A stretch of 64,000 bases of DNA from an uncultured Verrucomicrobiae bacterium (GCA_963764165.1 CAVXRD010000002.1:1504001-1568000); one strand, 5' to 3'. Counted from the first letter of the stretch, positions 11,283-22,704 are shown. The notes: generated from the sequence alone by a model not told the origin. Program-made: numbers and translations.

Positions 11283-11434
11283 GAACGGTGCGCGTGAGTG
11301 TAGCGGCTCCCCGGGTGGTTGTCACAAAAAAGTTCGCTCACTTTTGGGCCATTTCGCGCCTGTCATTATCGCTGGCCGCGGGGCGCGGGGCGCCCCCCAA
11401 AAAGGGGGACGTCCAAAAAATATACACTCGCCGC

Positions 11435-11461
11435 TAAAGTATTCCACCGCGCAGCCGATAG
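11435..11461 (+). promoter_or_regulatory. Sigma28 (FliA) promoter of flagellin 1
   Basis: TAAA-N15-GCCGATAG. Confidence 0.8.
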
Positions 11462-11545
11462 CTGGGTTGTCAAGAGACAATGGCTGCTGGAAGCCAGCAA
11501 GACCAGCAGGGCGATCGGTGGATGCCCAAATTTAAAATCCACTGC

Positions 11546-11603
11546 GCGACATGGATGTCGTGACAAGCAAAGGCTCCGCAAGGGGCAACTCACGGAAAGA
11601 GTT
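11546..11603 (+). promoter_or_regulatory. Two CsrA-type GGA hairpins in the flagellin 1 leader
   Basis: GCGAC-ATGGAT-GTCGT and AACTC-ACGGAAA-GAGTT next to the start codon. Confidence 0.65.
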
Positions 11604-11609
11604 AAGTTT

Positions 11610-12413
11610 ATGTTTATCAATACCAACATGGCGGCCATCACGTCCGCCGGCAACCTCAACACCGCCAGCAACGAATTAAACAACGCGCTGGCGCAATTAT
11701 CATCCGGCTCCAAAATTGTTAATCCGTCTGATAACCCGGCGGGGCTGGCGGAATCGATCAGCCTGAACGCGCAGATCGGTCAAACCCAGGCCGCCAACAG
11801 CAACGTCAGCAATACCATCTCCTACCTCCAGACCCAGGACGGCTATCTTCAGCAAGTTGGCTCGGCCCTTGACCAGATGAGCCAGCTCGCGGTCGAATCC
11901 CAGGACGCGACCAAGACCGACGCCGAGCGCGCCGACTACAACCAGGAATTCAGCACTTTGTCCAGCTACATAACGGATACAGCGGGCAAGGACTTCAATG
12001 GCGTCAGTCTGTTCAGCGGCGCTACCATGACCGTCACCACCGACGGCAATGGCGACACTTTCGCCATGTCGGGCATCGATTTGAACGCTGCGGCCTACAC
12101 GGGCGCCACCGGATCAGACATCTCGACCTCCACCGGCGCGGCGGCGGCCTTGGTAGCCGTCACCGCGGCGATCACCCAGTTGGCGACCGACCGCGCCACC
12201 GTGGGCGCAAACGAAGAGCGCCTCACCTACACCGGCGACGAACTGGGTGTCCTCCAGGACAACCTGACGGCCGCGAACAGCCAGTTGACCGATGTCGACG
12301 TGGCCTCGGAAAGCACCAAATATGCGGAATACCAAATTCTCGTGCAATCCGGGACCTCGATGCTAGCGCAAGCCAATCAGAATCCCCAAGGCGTTTTGAA
12401 GCTCCTGCAATAG
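11610..12413 (+). CDS. fliC: Flagellin, short (267 aa)
   Basis: INTNMAA...LSSGSKIV...MLAQANQNPQGVLKLLQ. Confidence 0.95.
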   Translation: MFINTNMAAITSAGNLNTASNELNNALAQLSSGSKIVNPSDNPAGLAESISLNAQIGQTQAANSNVSNTISYLQTQDGYLQQVGSALDQMSQLAVESQDATKTDAERADYNQEFSTLSSYITDTAGKDFNGVSLFSGATMTVTTDGNGDTFAMSGIDLNAAAYTGATGSDISTSTGAAAALVAVTAAITQLATDRATVGANEERLTYTGDELGVLQDNLTAANSQLTDVDVASESTKYAEYQILVQSGTSMLAQANQNPQGVLKLLQ

Positions 12414-12437
12414 CAGCGAGTGATTGAGTGAGACGCC

Positions 12438-12467
12438 AGCCGGGCGGCCCTGAAAAGCCGCCCGGCT
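12438..12467 (+). terminator. Hairpin after flagellin 1
   Basis: AGCCGGGCGGC...GCCGCCCGGCT with a weak T tail. Confidence 0.5.
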
Positions 12468-12481
12468 TCGTCTTGTACCAC

Positions 12482-12508
12482 TAAAGTTTTCCTGCCCGAT
12501 TCCGATAA
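12482..12508 (+). promoter_or_regulatory. Sigma28 promoter of flagellin 2
   Basis: TAAAGTTT...TCCGATAA with TAAA-N15 spacing. Confidence 0.8.
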
Positions 12509-12589
12509 CTCCGTTGTCTAGGCAATGGCGATTGGCAGCCATAAAGGGCCAATCGGGAATGCGGTGGACGCCCGAGTCAAATTCCACCA

Positions 12590-12649
12590 GGCGACAGGGA
12601 TGTCGCCAGAAACAAAAACCCCGCAAGGGGTAACTCAAGGAAAGAGTTA
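12590..12649 (+). promoter_or_regulatory. Two CsrA-type GGA hairpins in the flagellin 2 leader
   Basis: GGCGAC-AGGGAT-GTCGCC and TAACTC-AAGGAAA-GAGTTA. Confidence 0.65.
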
Positions 12650-12652
12650 GTT

Positions 12653-13456
12653 ATGGTAATCAATACAAACATGGCGGCCATCACGTCCGCCAACAACCTC
12701 AATAATTCAACGAACATGTTGAATAATTCACTGGCGGAGTTGTCCTCCGGCTCGAAAATTGTGAATCCTTCTGATGATCCGGCTGGTTTGGCCGAGTCCA
12801 TCAGCTTGAATGCGCAAATCGGCCAGACGCAAGCCGCCAATGACAACGTTAGCAACGCCGTTTCCTTCCTGCAGACGCAGGATGGTTACTTGTCGCAAGT
12901 CGGATCCGCCCTGGATCAGATGAGCCAGCTGGCAGTCGAATCGCAGGACGTCACCAAGACCGACTCCGAGCGAGCCGATTATCAGAAAGAGTTCAGCACT
13001 CTGGCTGGTTACATCACCGACACAGCGACCAAGGACTTCAACGGCGTCAGCCTGTTCAGTGGCAGCACCCTGGCGGTCACCACCGACGGCAGCGGCGATA
13101 CGTTCAACATGACGGGGATCGACCTTGGGGCCAGCCAATACACCGGCGCAACGGGCGCCGATATATCCACGAGCACTGGAGCCACTTCAGCGTTGACGGC
13201 CGTCACCACGGCCATCACGCAACTGGCGACAGATCGCGCCACCGTTGGCGCGAACGAGGAACGGTTGACCTATACAGGTGATGAACTCGGTGTGCTGCAG
13301 GACAACCTGACCGCCGCCAACAGCCAATTGACGGATGTTGACGTGGCGACCGAAAGCACGAAATACGCCCAGTACCAAATCCTCGTGCAGTCCGGCACGT
13401 CGATGCTGGCACAGGCGAATCAAAACCCTCAGTCCGTGCTCAAGCTCCTGCAATAA
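12653..13456 (+). CDS. fliC: Flagellin, short (267 aa), paralog of 11610-12413
   Basis: Same flagellin N- and C-terminal motifs; highly similar to the upstream copy. Confidence 0.95.
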   Translation: MVINTNMAAITSANNLNNSTNMLNNSLAELSSGSKIVNPSDDPAGLAESISLNAQIGQTQAANDNVSNAVSFLQTQDGYLSQVGSALDQMSQLAVESQDVTKTDSERADYQKEFSTLAGYITDTATKDFNGVSLFSGSTLAVTTDGSGDTFNMTGIDLGASQYTGATGADISTSTGATSALTAVTTAITQLATDRATVGANEERLTYTGDELGVLQDNLTAANSQLTDVDVATESTKYAQYQILVQSGTSMLAQANQNPQSVLKLLQ

Positions 13457-13486
13457 GGATATTGAGCCTTGATGAAGGCTAACAAC

Positions 13487-13512
13487 CTCGGGCGGCCTCC
13501 GGGCCGCCCGAG
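13487..13512 (+). terminator. Hairpin between flagellin 2 and fliD
   Basis: CTCGGGCGGCC-TCCG-GGCCGCCCGAG, no U tract. Confidence 0.45.
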
Positions 13513-13569
13513 TCGACCAATAAACGGAGCAGCACAAAACGGAATAAAATGAAAGGTTCCAGGTAATTT

Positions 13570-15399
13570 ATGGCAGCAGCAGCGGGTTCCAGCAGTCTCG
13601 CCTTGTCCGGATTGGCTTCGGGCATCAATTGGACCAACATCATCAATGAGATGGCGCAAGCGGCCTCCGCGCCCATCACGCAGATGCAAACGGAGCAGAC
13701 GAACGAAAACAACCAAAATTCCGCCTATCAGAACATCGGCGCGGATCTCGCCAATTTGCAAACCGACGCCCAAACACTTTCATCCGCCAGCTTTTTCGAG
13801 TCCACCACCGCCGCCAGTTCCGATTCAACCGTCGCCACCGCCACGACCGGCACCGGAACTCCCCCGGGAACCTACAATTTTTCGGTGAGCCAATTGGCAA
13901 CCGCGGGCGTTCAAACCGGCTCCGCCATTTCCGCGCAAGCCATCAGCGCCTCCAGTAATGTCTCGTCGGTTGATCTGAGCAGCAGCGCGTTTTCCGATCC
14001 AATCAGGGCGGGCACTTTTACTATCAACGGACAGACCATTACCGTCGCCGATTCGGACACGCTGCAATCGGTCTTTACTCAAATCAATACCGCCACCGGC
14101 GGGGCGGTTACGGCTTCGTATAATCCCACAACTGACGAAATTAGCTTGTCGAGCAGTTCGCCCATCACCCTCGGAAGTTCCGCCGACACCAGTAATTTCC
14201 TGCAATCGACGCAGCTTTACAGCAACGGAACCGGCGCCGTGACCAGCCTTGGCGCCCTGGGCGGCATCAACCTGAACAATGCCGCCGCCACTTCCAATTT
14301 GTCCACCACCATTACCAATGGAACCGGCAGCGAGGGTTCATTTGAAATCAACGGCGTCACCATCACCTTTAACGCGCAAACCGACAGCATCAATAATATC
14401 CTATCGGACATCAACAACTCCGAGGCGGGGGTCACAGCCACTTATAACGGGGCCACCAACCAGTTTGCCCTGACGAATAACAGCACGGGCAACTTGGGAA
14501 TCACGATGCAGGATTTGAACGGAAGCAATTTTCTGGCGGCGACCGGGCTTTCCAGCGGAACATACAAGGAAGGGTCAAACCTGCAATACACCATCAACGG
14601 CAGCGGCACCCTCACGAGCGAGGATAACACGATTGACGCGACATCGCTGGGATTGCCGGGATTGTCAATCACCGCGGCGGCGAAAGGGAGCACGAACATC
14701 ACCGTAAGCCCGGACGTAAATTCCATCGCAACGGCCATCACTAATTTTGTCAACGATTACAATACCATCCAGAACTACATCACGTCTCAGACAACCGTTT
14801 CAACCAGCACCAGCAGTTCCACTGGCGCGGTGGACTCCACCACCACCACGACCGGCACACCGGGACTGTTGATGGGTAACATGGATGTTGAGGGCATTGC
14901 CACCAACCTCCGCCAATTAATCGATGCGTCCCCCATATCCGGCGTCGTCCAAAACCTCAACGATCTTGGCATAGCGTCTTCTGGGGAAAACAATCTTCTG
15001 ACCACGAGCTCCCTTGTGCTCAACAATTCGGTGGCCAATAATTTGAGCCAGATTACCCAGCTTTTCACCGATCCAAGTTCGGGTCTCGCGACGACCATAA
15101 ACAATTACCTCAGCACCACTCTCGGCAGCAACGGCGTCATCTCCACCAAAGAGGCAAACCTCACCAAGGAATCAACCGCCCTAACGAGCAGCATCACGAC
15201 GCTGCAAGCCCAAATCACCGGGCAGGAAACGCAAATGCAAAATGAATTCGTCCAGATGGAGGATGCGATCAGCACCATCAATGTGGAAAAGGAGTATCTT
15301 ACCGCCTACTTCAACAGCGCCGCCACGACGACCGACGCGCCGACGGCCGCGGGTTCAAGCACGTCCAGCAGCACCAGTTCGACGAGCTCATCCGGTTAA
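13570..15399 (+). CDS. fliD: Flagellar filament cap protein
   Basis: SGLASGINW N-terminus, FVNDYN, LNDLGI, C-terminal coiled coil; follows the flagellins. Confidence 0.9.
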   Translation: MAAAAGSSSLALSGLASGINWTNIINEMAQAASAPITQMQTEQTNENNQNSAYQNIGADLANLQTDAQTLSSASFFESTTAASSDSTVATATTGTGTPPGTYNFSVSQLATAGVQTGSAISAQAISASSNVSSVDLSSSAFSDPIRAGTFTINGQTITVADSDTLQSVFTQINTATGGAVTASYNPTTDEISLSSSSPITLGSSADTSNFLQSTQLYSNGTGAVTSLGALGGINLNNAAATSNLSTTITNGTGSEGSFEINGVTITFNAQTDSINNILSDINNSEAGVTATYNGATNQFALTNNSTGNLGITMQDLNGSNFLAATGLSSGTYKEGSNLQYTINGSGTLTSEDNTIDATSLGLPGLSITAAAKGSTNITVSPDVNSIATAITNFVNDYNTIQNYITSQTTVSTSTSSSTGAVDSTTTTTGTPGLLMGNMDVEGIATNLRQLIDASPISGVVQNLNDLGIASSGENNLLTTSSLVLNNSVANNLSQITQLFTDPSSGLATTINNYLSTTLGSNGVISTKEANLTKESTALTSSITTLQAQITGQETQMQNEFVQMEDAISTINVEKEYLTAYFNSAATTTDAPTAAGSSTSSSTSSTSSSG

Positions 15400-15647
15400 T
15401 ATTAGCGGGGACACACAAACGAGATAGCCACCCAGATCGTCGATGCTGCTTGCCGCGTCTGGTCTCGATCGAGTCAAGGACGGCAGCACACGAGGTTGTC
15501 TGTTTTCATTTCCATGTGCCAGAATGCTCCACGATCAGAATATATATTTGATTGTGATTGTGACGAGCGGACTGATCTCGTTGCCTTCCGCCGTCTTGTT
15601 TGGCCAATTTAATTGGAGCAAGTGGCGAAACAGGCTATAGTTGCACA

Positions 15648-17912
15648 ATGCGTCGGGAAACAGATTTCGTCCTCGAACAAGCCGCCTGGCCAGCGCTGGT
15701 GCTGGAAGGGAACGGCCGCATTTGCCGTGCCAACCAGGCCGCCCGCCGCATTTTCGATTTGCCGGTTTCGCTGCCCGCGATCTCCGTCGCGGCTCTCTGG
15801 GATGACGAAAGCGACACCACTCCGGAACAATTTTTGCACGACGGCATCGCCGGCGGCACAGCCCCGTTGAAATTGCGCATCGCCGGGGGCGCGAAGGCGG
15901 ATTTCGTGGCGCACGGAACCAATGTCGCGCGCGACGGGCATTCCTACGTCGTGCTGCAATTGTTCAAGGAATCCGGCGCGGCTTTTCCCGAATTTATCTC
16001 TGGTGCGCCCGCAAACGCATTAGCCCCGCGCGCATCGCATTCACCCGAGCCTGCCAAGCCAGCCGGCGGCGTGTGGACGGCGGTGTGGCCGGTGCTGCTG
16101 GTGGATTCGCGCTCGGTCATCTGCCGCGCGAACCCCGCCGCCGAGCGATTTTTCGGAGCCAAAAGCGGCGCTCTCTTTGCGGCGCTCTGCGCTCCCGAAG
16201 ACACGGCAAAGTGGTCGACGGTTCTGACGCAAAACCACGGTGAGCTGAAATTGCGGCTGGAAATGGGCGCAACGGCGACGTTTCATTTGCAATGCTGCCC
16301 CGCTGAAGAGCACGGAAAAACATTGGTGCAGTTTTTCGCCGCCGGAATGAATGCTCAAGCCGCCGCGCCAGGAGTCGGAGGCGAGGAGGAATTTCTGCTG
16401 CAAGACGCGGAATGGCCCGCGCTGGTGGTGAAGAAAAATGGCGCGGTCACGCGCAGCAACCGCGCCGCGGTGCGGGCGTTTGGCCCGCTGCTGGAAAAAG
16501 GCGAGCAATCCGCCGCCGCGATTTGGTCCGCGCAGAACAAAGGGACGGCAGCCCATTTCCTTTCAATGCCCGCGCCCGATGCGCCTGTTCGATTGACATT
16601 CAATTTGAAGAGCGGCCTGCCGGGCGTGTTCATGGTGCAGATGTGCGATCTTGGCGGCGATAATCTTTGCCTCCTTCAGCTGCTCAAGGATATCGCGCAT
16701 GATCCGGCGCCTCCCTCCAAACCGGCCGCTGCCGCACCCGTGGCTGCTCCCGCCGCGGGCGCCCCCGCGCAACCGGCTGCCGCCACGGCAGCCGAAAGCC
16801 TGGCGCACAAGCAAAAGCTCGACTGCGCGTTGCAGCTTGCGCGTTCGGTTGCGCTGGACTTTAACAATGCGCTCACCAGCATTCTTGGCCATGCTTCACT
16901 GCTGTTGAGCAAGGCCGAGGCGAATCATCCGTGGCGCAATTCTCTCAGCGAAATTGAGAAATCCGCCTCCAAAGCGGCAGAAGTGGCGAACGACCTGGCC
17001 GCCTTCAGCCGCCAGGAAAAAGAAACGCGCGTTCATCTTGGGGGGAATATGAACACGCTGCTTGAGCGCACGGTCGAGGCCTTTCAAGCGGGATTGCAAA
17101 AGCCCATCAAAATTTCAACCTCGATTGAGCGCAAGCTCTTTGCCGCAAATTTCGACGAGGCGAAAATGCAGCAGGCCATGATCAAGCTTCTCGACAATGC
17201 GGTCGAAGCCATCCCGGCAGGCGGAAAGATCAGTGTCAAGACGAGCAATCTGGAACTCGCGGAGCCAGCACCCGGTTCCGCCTCGAAGCTGCCCGCTGGA
17301 AATTACGTCTGCGTGGAGGTCGCTGATACGGGCGACGGCATCCCGGCGGAGGTGATGCCCAGGATATTCGAGCCGTTTTTCACCACCAAGGGCTCGCGCC
17401 ATCGCGGCCTGGGGCTGGCGTGGGTTTACGGAATTGTGACCAACCATGGCGGCGCGGTGACTGTCAACAGCGAAACCGGCAAAGGCGCCTCCGTCAAAAT
17501 ATTTTTGCCCGCCACCAAGAAGATTGTCCGCTCGACGCCCGCCGCGGCGACGGATTTGAGCGGCGATCAAACCATCCTGTTCGTCGACGACGAGGATTTG
17601 TTGTTGACTATGGGGCAGATGATTTTGTCCTCCTACGGCTACACTGTGCTCACCGCCAACAGCGGCCAAAAAGCCCTGGAAATTCTCGGCGGGTCAAAAA
17701 AGAAAATCGACCTTGTGATAACGGACCTTGTCATGCCCAACATGAGCGGGCGCGAATTGAGCGAGCAAATCCTGGCGCTCGCGCCGGCCACCCGCATTGT
17801 GTGGTCCAGCGGCTATGTGCGCTCGACAGGCGAGGAGCAGGAGCGCTATTTGCAAAAGCCCTTCACGAGCCAGGACCTTCTCCGCAAAGTCAAAGAGGCG
17901 CTGGCTGATTGA
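15648..17912 (+). CDS. Hybrid kinase-like protein with three PAS-like repeats; phosphoacceptor His replaced by Leu
   Basis: SVALDFNNALT H-box, EPFFTTK, GLGL, intact receiver domain. Confidence 0.88.
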   Translation: MRRETDFVLEQAAWPALVLEGNGRICRANQAARRIFDLPVSLPAISVAALWDDESDTTPEQFLHDGIAGGTAPLKLRIAGGAKADFVAHGTNVARDGHSYVVLQLFKESGAAFPEFISGAPANALAPRASHSPEPAKPAGGVWTAVWPVLLVDSRSVICRANPAAERFFGAKSGALFAALCAPEDTAKWSTVLTQNHGELKLRLEMGATATFHLQCCPAEEHGKTLVQFFAAGMNAQAAAPGVGGEEEFLLQDAEWPALVVKKNGAVTRSNRAAVRAFGPLLEKGEQSAAAIWSAQNKGTAAHFLSMPAPDAPVRLTFNLKSGLPGVFMVQMCDLGGDNLCLLQLLKDIAHDPAPPSKPAAAAPVAAPAAGAPAQPAAATAAESLAHKQKLDCALQLARSVALDFNNALTSILGHASLLLSKAEANHPWRNSLSEIEKSASKAAEVANDLAAFSRQEKETRVHLGGNMNTLLERTVEAFQAGLQKPIKISTSIERKLFAANFDEAKMQQAMIKLLDNAVEAIPAGGKISVKTSNLELAEPAPGSASKLPAGNYVCVEVADTGDGIPAEVMPRIFEPFFTTKGSRHRGLGLAWVYGIVTNHGGAVTVNSETGKGASVKIFLPATKKIVRSTPAAATDLSGDQTILFVDDEDLLLTMGQMILSSYGYTVLTANSGQKALEILGGSKKKIDLVITDLVMPNMSGRELSEQILALAPATRIVWSSGYVRSTGEEQERYLQKPFTSQDLLRKVKEALAD

Positions 17913-17963
17913 GGCGCAAACAAGGGCCAAGGCGGTTCATGGGGCTATTAAGGCGCCGATGCC

Positions 17964-17990
17964 TTAAGCTTTTCCCTGATGAGCCGATAA
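17964..17990 (+). promoter_or_regulatory. Probable sigma28 promoter upstream of the PAS kinase
   Basis: TTAA-N15-GCCGATAA (perfect -10). Confidence 0.55.
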
Positions 17991-18078
17991 GAAATATAGT
18001 GATTTCTGAATTGCATGAGTTCAGGCGTCTTGAGCGGCATGCTACCGGACAGCGGTAGATCCTGAACCAGAACAACAT

Positions 18079-20097
18079 ATGAACGAGTTTGCGGCAGCCC
18101 CAAGGCAGCCGCCTGCCCAGTGGCTGGCGGAGAAGCCGGTAGTTTTGCCTGCGCCCCACATTGCGGGGAAGCCGCCGGTGCCCACCGACGAAACGCTTCT
18201 GCGCCAATTTGTCCGCCACACCCCCGCCGCCGTGGCAATGTTTGATGCCGATATGTGCTGCCTGCTGGCGAGCGATCGGTGGCTGGCGGATTACGGCCTG
18301 CAAGGCCGCTCCGTTGTGGGAATGCCTTGCCATGAGATGTTCCCCGATTTGCCTGACTGCTGGAAAGAGGTCTATCGCAACGTCCTGGCTGGCAGCCGGG
18401 AACAGTGCGAACGCGACCCCATCCCGCTGGACGACGGTTCGGTCGAATGGCTTCAATGGGAAGCGCAGCCGTGGCATCGGGCGGATGGCTCGGTCGGCGG
18501 GATGATTCTTTTTACGCAGTTCATTACCGAGCGCATCCACATTGAGGAGGCGCTGCGGCTGAGCCAGGATAAATTCCGCTCGGCCATGCAGCATTCTCCC
18601 ATCGGAATGGCCGTGGTGGGCCCGGATGGGCGCTGGCTCGAAGTCAATCACGCTATCTGCAAAATTCTTGGCTACAGCCGTGGCGAGCTTCTGGCCACGG
18701 ATTTTCAATCGATCACGCACCCTGAAGATCGCGGCCCTGATTTGGAAAACGTCCAGCGAATGCTTAACCGGGAGATCGAGAGCTACCAGATGGAGAAGCG
18801 TTATATCCATCGCTCCGGCCACAGCGTGTGGGTGCAGCTCAACGTTTCTCTGGCGTGGAATCCTGAGGGCACGCCGCGCCATTTCGTAGCGCAAATTCAG
18901 GACATCACAGAACGCCGCCGCGCTGAGGAGGAACGCCTCAAGCTTTCGGAGCAATTGCGCGAGGCGCAAAAAATGGAGGCGCTTGGCACATTGGCGGGCG
19001 GCACCGCCCACGAATTCAATAACATCCTTGGCATCATCATCGGCTATTGCGATCTGGCCAGGCTGGAACTGCCCAGCCCGCATTCCATTGACCGCCATCT
19101 GGAGGAAATTCTCAAAGCCGGCCAGAGGGCCAAGGAAATTGTGCAGCAAATTCTGACCTTCACGCGCCAGCAACGAGATCAGCGCGAATTGATCCCGTTG
19201 CACATCGTAGTGGCGGAGGCGCTGGATGTCATCCGCACGACTTTGCCCGGCAACGTCCAGCTTCTCAGCGATTTGAAGCCCGGAGCCTACTCGGTGCTCG
19301 GCAATCCGACGCAAATTCACCAAGTCATTGTCAATCTTTGCAACAACGCGTGGCAGGCGATGCTCAGCAAGGGCGGCACGATAAAAATCGCGCAGCAACC
19401 GATGATTCTGGATCAAACCGCGCCCGCGCTGCATCCGTCGTTGCGGCCCGGCCCCTACATGCAGCTCACCGTCACGGATAATGGATGCGGCATGGATGCG
19501 GCGACAACGGCGCGCGTTTTTGAGCCGTTCTTCACCACGAAAAGGCCCGGCAAAGGAACCGGGCTCGGCCTGGCCGTCGTTCACGGCATCATGCAAGCGC
19601 ATGACGGCGCGGTCATCGTGCAAAGCGAGCCGGGGATTGGCACGACGTTCTATCTCTATTTTCCCGCCGAGCTGGCCATCCCCCACAAATCCGAAGCAAT
19701 TGCCCTCGATTCAATCCCACCCGGCAACGGCCAGCACATTCTCTTGGTGGATGACGAAGCGGCATTGGCGCAGGCCGCAACGCTCTTTTTGGCCCGTTTC
19801 GGCTACCGGGTCACCAGCGTGAACTCCGCGGATGCCGCGCTGGAAACGTTCCGCCGCCAGCCCGGCCTCATTGACCTCGTTATCACAGATTTGACGATGC
19901 CGGGAATGAACGGAATCGAATTGGCCAACTCCCTCAATGAAATCCGACCAGAACTGCCCATTATTCTTGCCTCCGGCTTCGGCGGCATGAGAACCGCCAA
20001 TTTCGCCAACGGCCCCGGTCGCCGCGCCGTTCTGCACAAGCCATTCACTGCCGAATCCCTCGCTCGCACCGCCCATCAATTGCTTGCGATGCATTGA
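18079..20097 (+). CDS. PAS-PAS hybrid histidine kinase
   Basis: Two PAS/PAC domains, [15 protein letters not shown], receiver. Confidence 0.93.
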   Translation: MNEFAAAPRQPPAQWLAEKPVVLPAPHIAGKPPVPTDETLLRQFVRHTPAAVAMFDADMCCLLASDRWLADYGLQGRSVVGMPCHEMFPDLPDCWKEVYRNVLAGSREQCERDPIPLDDGSVEWLQWEAQPWHRADGSVGGMILFTQFITERIHIEEALRLSQDKFRSAMQHSPIGMAVVGPDGRWLEVNHAICKILGYSRGELLATDFQSITHPEDRGPDLENVQRMLNREIESYQMEKRYIHRSGHSVWVQLNVSLAWNPEGTPRHFVAQIQDITERRRAEEERLKLSEQLREAQKMEALGTLAGGTAHEFNNILGIIIGYCDLARLELPSPHSIDRHLEEILKAGQRAKEIVQQILTFTRQQRDQRELIPLHIVVAEALDVIRTTLPGNVQLLSDLKPGAYSVLGNPTQIHQVIVNLCNNAWQAMLSKGGTIKIAQQPMILDQTAPALHPSLRPGPYMQLTVTDNGCGMDAATTARVFEPFFTTKRPGKGTGLGLAVVHGIMQAHDGAVIVQSEPGIGTTFYLYFPAELAIPHKSEAIALDSIPPGNGQHILLVDDEAALAQAATLFLARFGYRVTSVNSADAALETFRRQPGLIDLVITDLTMPGMNGIELANSLNEIRPELPIILASGFGGMRTANFANGPGRRAVLHKPFTAESLARTAHQLLAMH

Positions 20098-20747
20098 TCC
20101 GCCGGAGGGTTGGATCGGCTTAGGCGGACATTGCTCCGAAGAAATGCAGCCAGAACTCATCCGAACGGGCTTGCGGCCTAAAACGAAAGCCGCAGTCAAT
20201 ACTCCGATTTGAGCGCGGCAGGATCCCCTTGCAGGGCATCGCGCGCGTGGCGCTATGGCCGCTTGTATAACAGCAAGCTGGTTGCCCGGCGGGCGAGCGA
20301 TTTGCCCCGGGAGCCGAAGCCTGAGGCACTCGGAAAATAAAATTGGCGACGGAGATTTCGACGCACCAAAACATCTGTCAAGAGAAATATAACAGCCAAC
20401 GCGGCAATCCCTGCCCCGACCCAAAATATATCCGTGTGGCCGAGTTCCGTGAGGAGACCGCTTTCCAGGGACACTGAACTGTCTAATGAATTCATGAATC
20501 AACGACTTTCAAATCAGTATTGTCATCAGCTCAATTCAGTTTTCATCTGCTGGTTCGAGCACAATAGGCGCCCCACCCGAGGCACCCACGAAAACCAATT
20601 GAACTGCGCCGTAACGTTAGCAATGGAGATGCGGAACGTCTGCAAGGCGGGCCATGGTATTGGCTGTAATGGGTGGCCTCGCAACGGGCCGCTGCCGGTC
20701 ATCTTCCACCTTGCTTCGAGCGTGGGGAGTTCCCGGTCTCTGTGAGT

Positions 20748-21380
20748 CTAACTCGGCTGTCCAAGAATTGTGTGTCTGCCGCGAACGCGAACTTCGCCGC
20801 GAGCCAGCGCTGCGATCGCAGATGGATAAAGCTTTCGCTCCTTCTCTTGAATGCGGGCGTGCAGCGATTCAGGAGTGTCACCCGCCAGCACCGGCACCGT
20901 TTCCTGCGCGATGATCGGGCCAGTGTCGATTCCTTGATCGACAAAATGAACGGTGACGCCGGTCATTTTGACGCCGTAATCAAGAGCTTGCTTCCACGCT
21001 TCCAATCCGGGAAAAGCAGGAAGCAACGCCGGATGAATATTCACCACTTTCTGCGCAAATTCGCGGAGCAGTTCGCCCTTGAGAATCCGCATGAAACCGG
21101 CCAGCACCACCAAGTCCACTTCCGCTTCGCGCAAGGCGGCCAGGAATTCAGCCTCGGCGTTTTCATCCAGTTTGGTGCGAAATTTTCCGGGCGCGATGAA
21201 GCGGGCGGGCAAGCCCCGCTCGCGGGCGCGCTCTAAAATGCCGGCGTTTTCGACATCGCTGATCACGATGGCGATGGCCGCCGGGATGGCTCCGTTCGCG
21301 CACGCGTCGGCGATGGCCACAGCGTTGGATCCTTTGCCGGAGCCAAGGATGCCGAGACGAAATGGGCGCGGCCCGCTCAT
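20748..21380 (-). CDS. purN: Phosphoribosylglycinamide formyltransferase
   Basis: [29 protein letters not shown]. Confidence 0.95.
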   Translation of the reverse strand: MSGPRPFRLGILGSGKGSNAVAIADACANGAIPAAIAIVISDVENAGILERARERGLPARFIAPGKFRTKLDENAEAEFLAALREAEVDLVVLAGFMRILKGELLREFAQKVVNIHPALLPAFPGLEAWKQALDYGVKMTGVTVHFVDQGIDTGPIIAQETVPVLAGDTPESLHARIQEKERKLYPSAIAALARGEVRVRGRHTILGQPS

Positions 21381-21388
21381 GGCGCGAG

Positions 21389-22495
21389 TTACAGCGCCGC
21401 CGCGACGAGATCGCCCACCTGCGAGGTGGTGAAACCCATTTTGCCCGCGGCGAGACTCTTGATTTTCTCGCGTGTCACATTTACAACGGCGGTTTCGATG
21501 GCTTGCGCGGCTTCGTGTTCGCCGAGGAAATCGAGCATCATCTGCCCGGCGCAAATGGCGGCCAGCGGGTTGATCACGCCGAGACCCGTGTATTTCGGCG
21601 CGCTTCCGCCGATGGGCTCGAACATGCTCGCGCCTTGCGGATTGATGTTGCCGCCCGCCGCGATGCCCATGCCACCCTGCACCATCGCGCCCAGATCCGT
21701 GATGATGTCGCCGAACATATTGTCGGTCACAATGACGTCGAACCATTCCGGATTCTTGACAAACCACATCGTGGTGGCATCGACGTGCGCGTAATCGCGC
21801 TTCACGCTGGCGAAATCCTTTTTGCCAATTTCGTGAAAGGCGCGCTCCCACAAATCGAACGCGAACGTGAGCACATTGGTCTTGCCGCACAAAGTGAGCT
21901 GGGACGCCACACCCTTCGCCGTGTCTTCGGGTTTCAATCCGCGCCACGGTTTGCCGCCGCGGCGTTTCTGGGCGAGTTCGAAGGCGAATTTCAGACAGCG
22001 CTCCACACCACGGCGCGTGTTGACACTTTCCTGAATCGCGATTTCGTTCGGCGTGCCCTTGAAGACAAAGCCGCCCGAGCCAGTGTAAAGCCCCTCGTTG
22101 TTTTCGCGGACGACGACAAAATCGATGTCCTCCGGCTTCTTGTCTTTCAGCGGGCAGAAACGCTCGTCGTAAAGTTTGACGGGGCGGAGATTAATGTACT
22201 GCTCCAGCTCGAAACGGAGGCGGAGCAAAATGCCTTTTTCCAGAATGCCGGGCTTTACATCCGGGTGCCCGATGGCGCCAAGCAGAATGGCGGGGAATTT
22301 GCGCAACTCCTCCACCGTGCTGTCCGGCAGCGCCTCCTTGGTGCGAAGATACCGGGCGCCGCCGAGATCATAATAGGTGTAATCGAGTTTAAGGCCGAAT
22401 TTTTTGCTCGCGGCGTCGAGCACCTTGATGGCTTCCGCGACGACTTCCGGCCCGGTGCCGTCGCCGCCAATGACTGCGATAGGATAAGATTTCAT
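21389..22495 (-). CDS. leuB: 3-isopropylmalate dehydrogenase
   Basis: [13 protein letters not shown]...[29 protein letters not shown]. Confidence 0.88.
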   Translation of the reverse strand: MKSYPIAVIGGDGTGPEVVAEAIKVLDAASKKFGLKLDYTYYDLGGARYLRTKEALPDSTVEELRKFPAILLGAIGHPDVKPGILEKGILLRLRFELEQYINLRPVKLYDERFCPLKDKKPEDIDFVVVRENNEGLYTGSGGFVFKGTPNEIAIQESVNTRRGVERCLKFAFELAQKRRGGKPWRGLKPEDTAKGVASQLTLCGKTNVLTFAFDLWERAFHEIGKKDFASVKRDYAHVDATTMWFVKNPEWFDVIVTDNMFGDIITDLGAMVQGGMGIAAGGNINPQGASMFEPIGGSAPKYTGLGVINPLAAICAGQMMLDFLGEHEAAQAIETAVVNVTREKIKSLAAGKMGFTTSQVGDLVAAAL

Positions 22496-22704
22496 TTCGT
22501 ATCTGAAATTGTTTTACACCCCGCCGTTTTTGGAAAGCACGAAATGGAGTGAGGACGCCTCACAAGACTTTTTACGACAAGGCCGCGAAGGACATGAAGA
22601 GGATAAGACGACGACGCCAGCCATCTCTGAATGTGGATATTCATCGCCACGCGCCGCTCTTCCGCTTTGACATCTCGGAAGAAAACGGACAGTTTCACAA
22701 CTCA

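Noticed and set aside
11319..11609. N-terminal extension of flagellin 1
   Set aside because: The paralog and promoter position place the start at 11610
17890..19686. 598-aa minus-strand ORF (similarly 61268-62704, 25169-26509, 9465-10415)
   Set aside because: Antisense shadows of well-supported genes in GC-rich DNA
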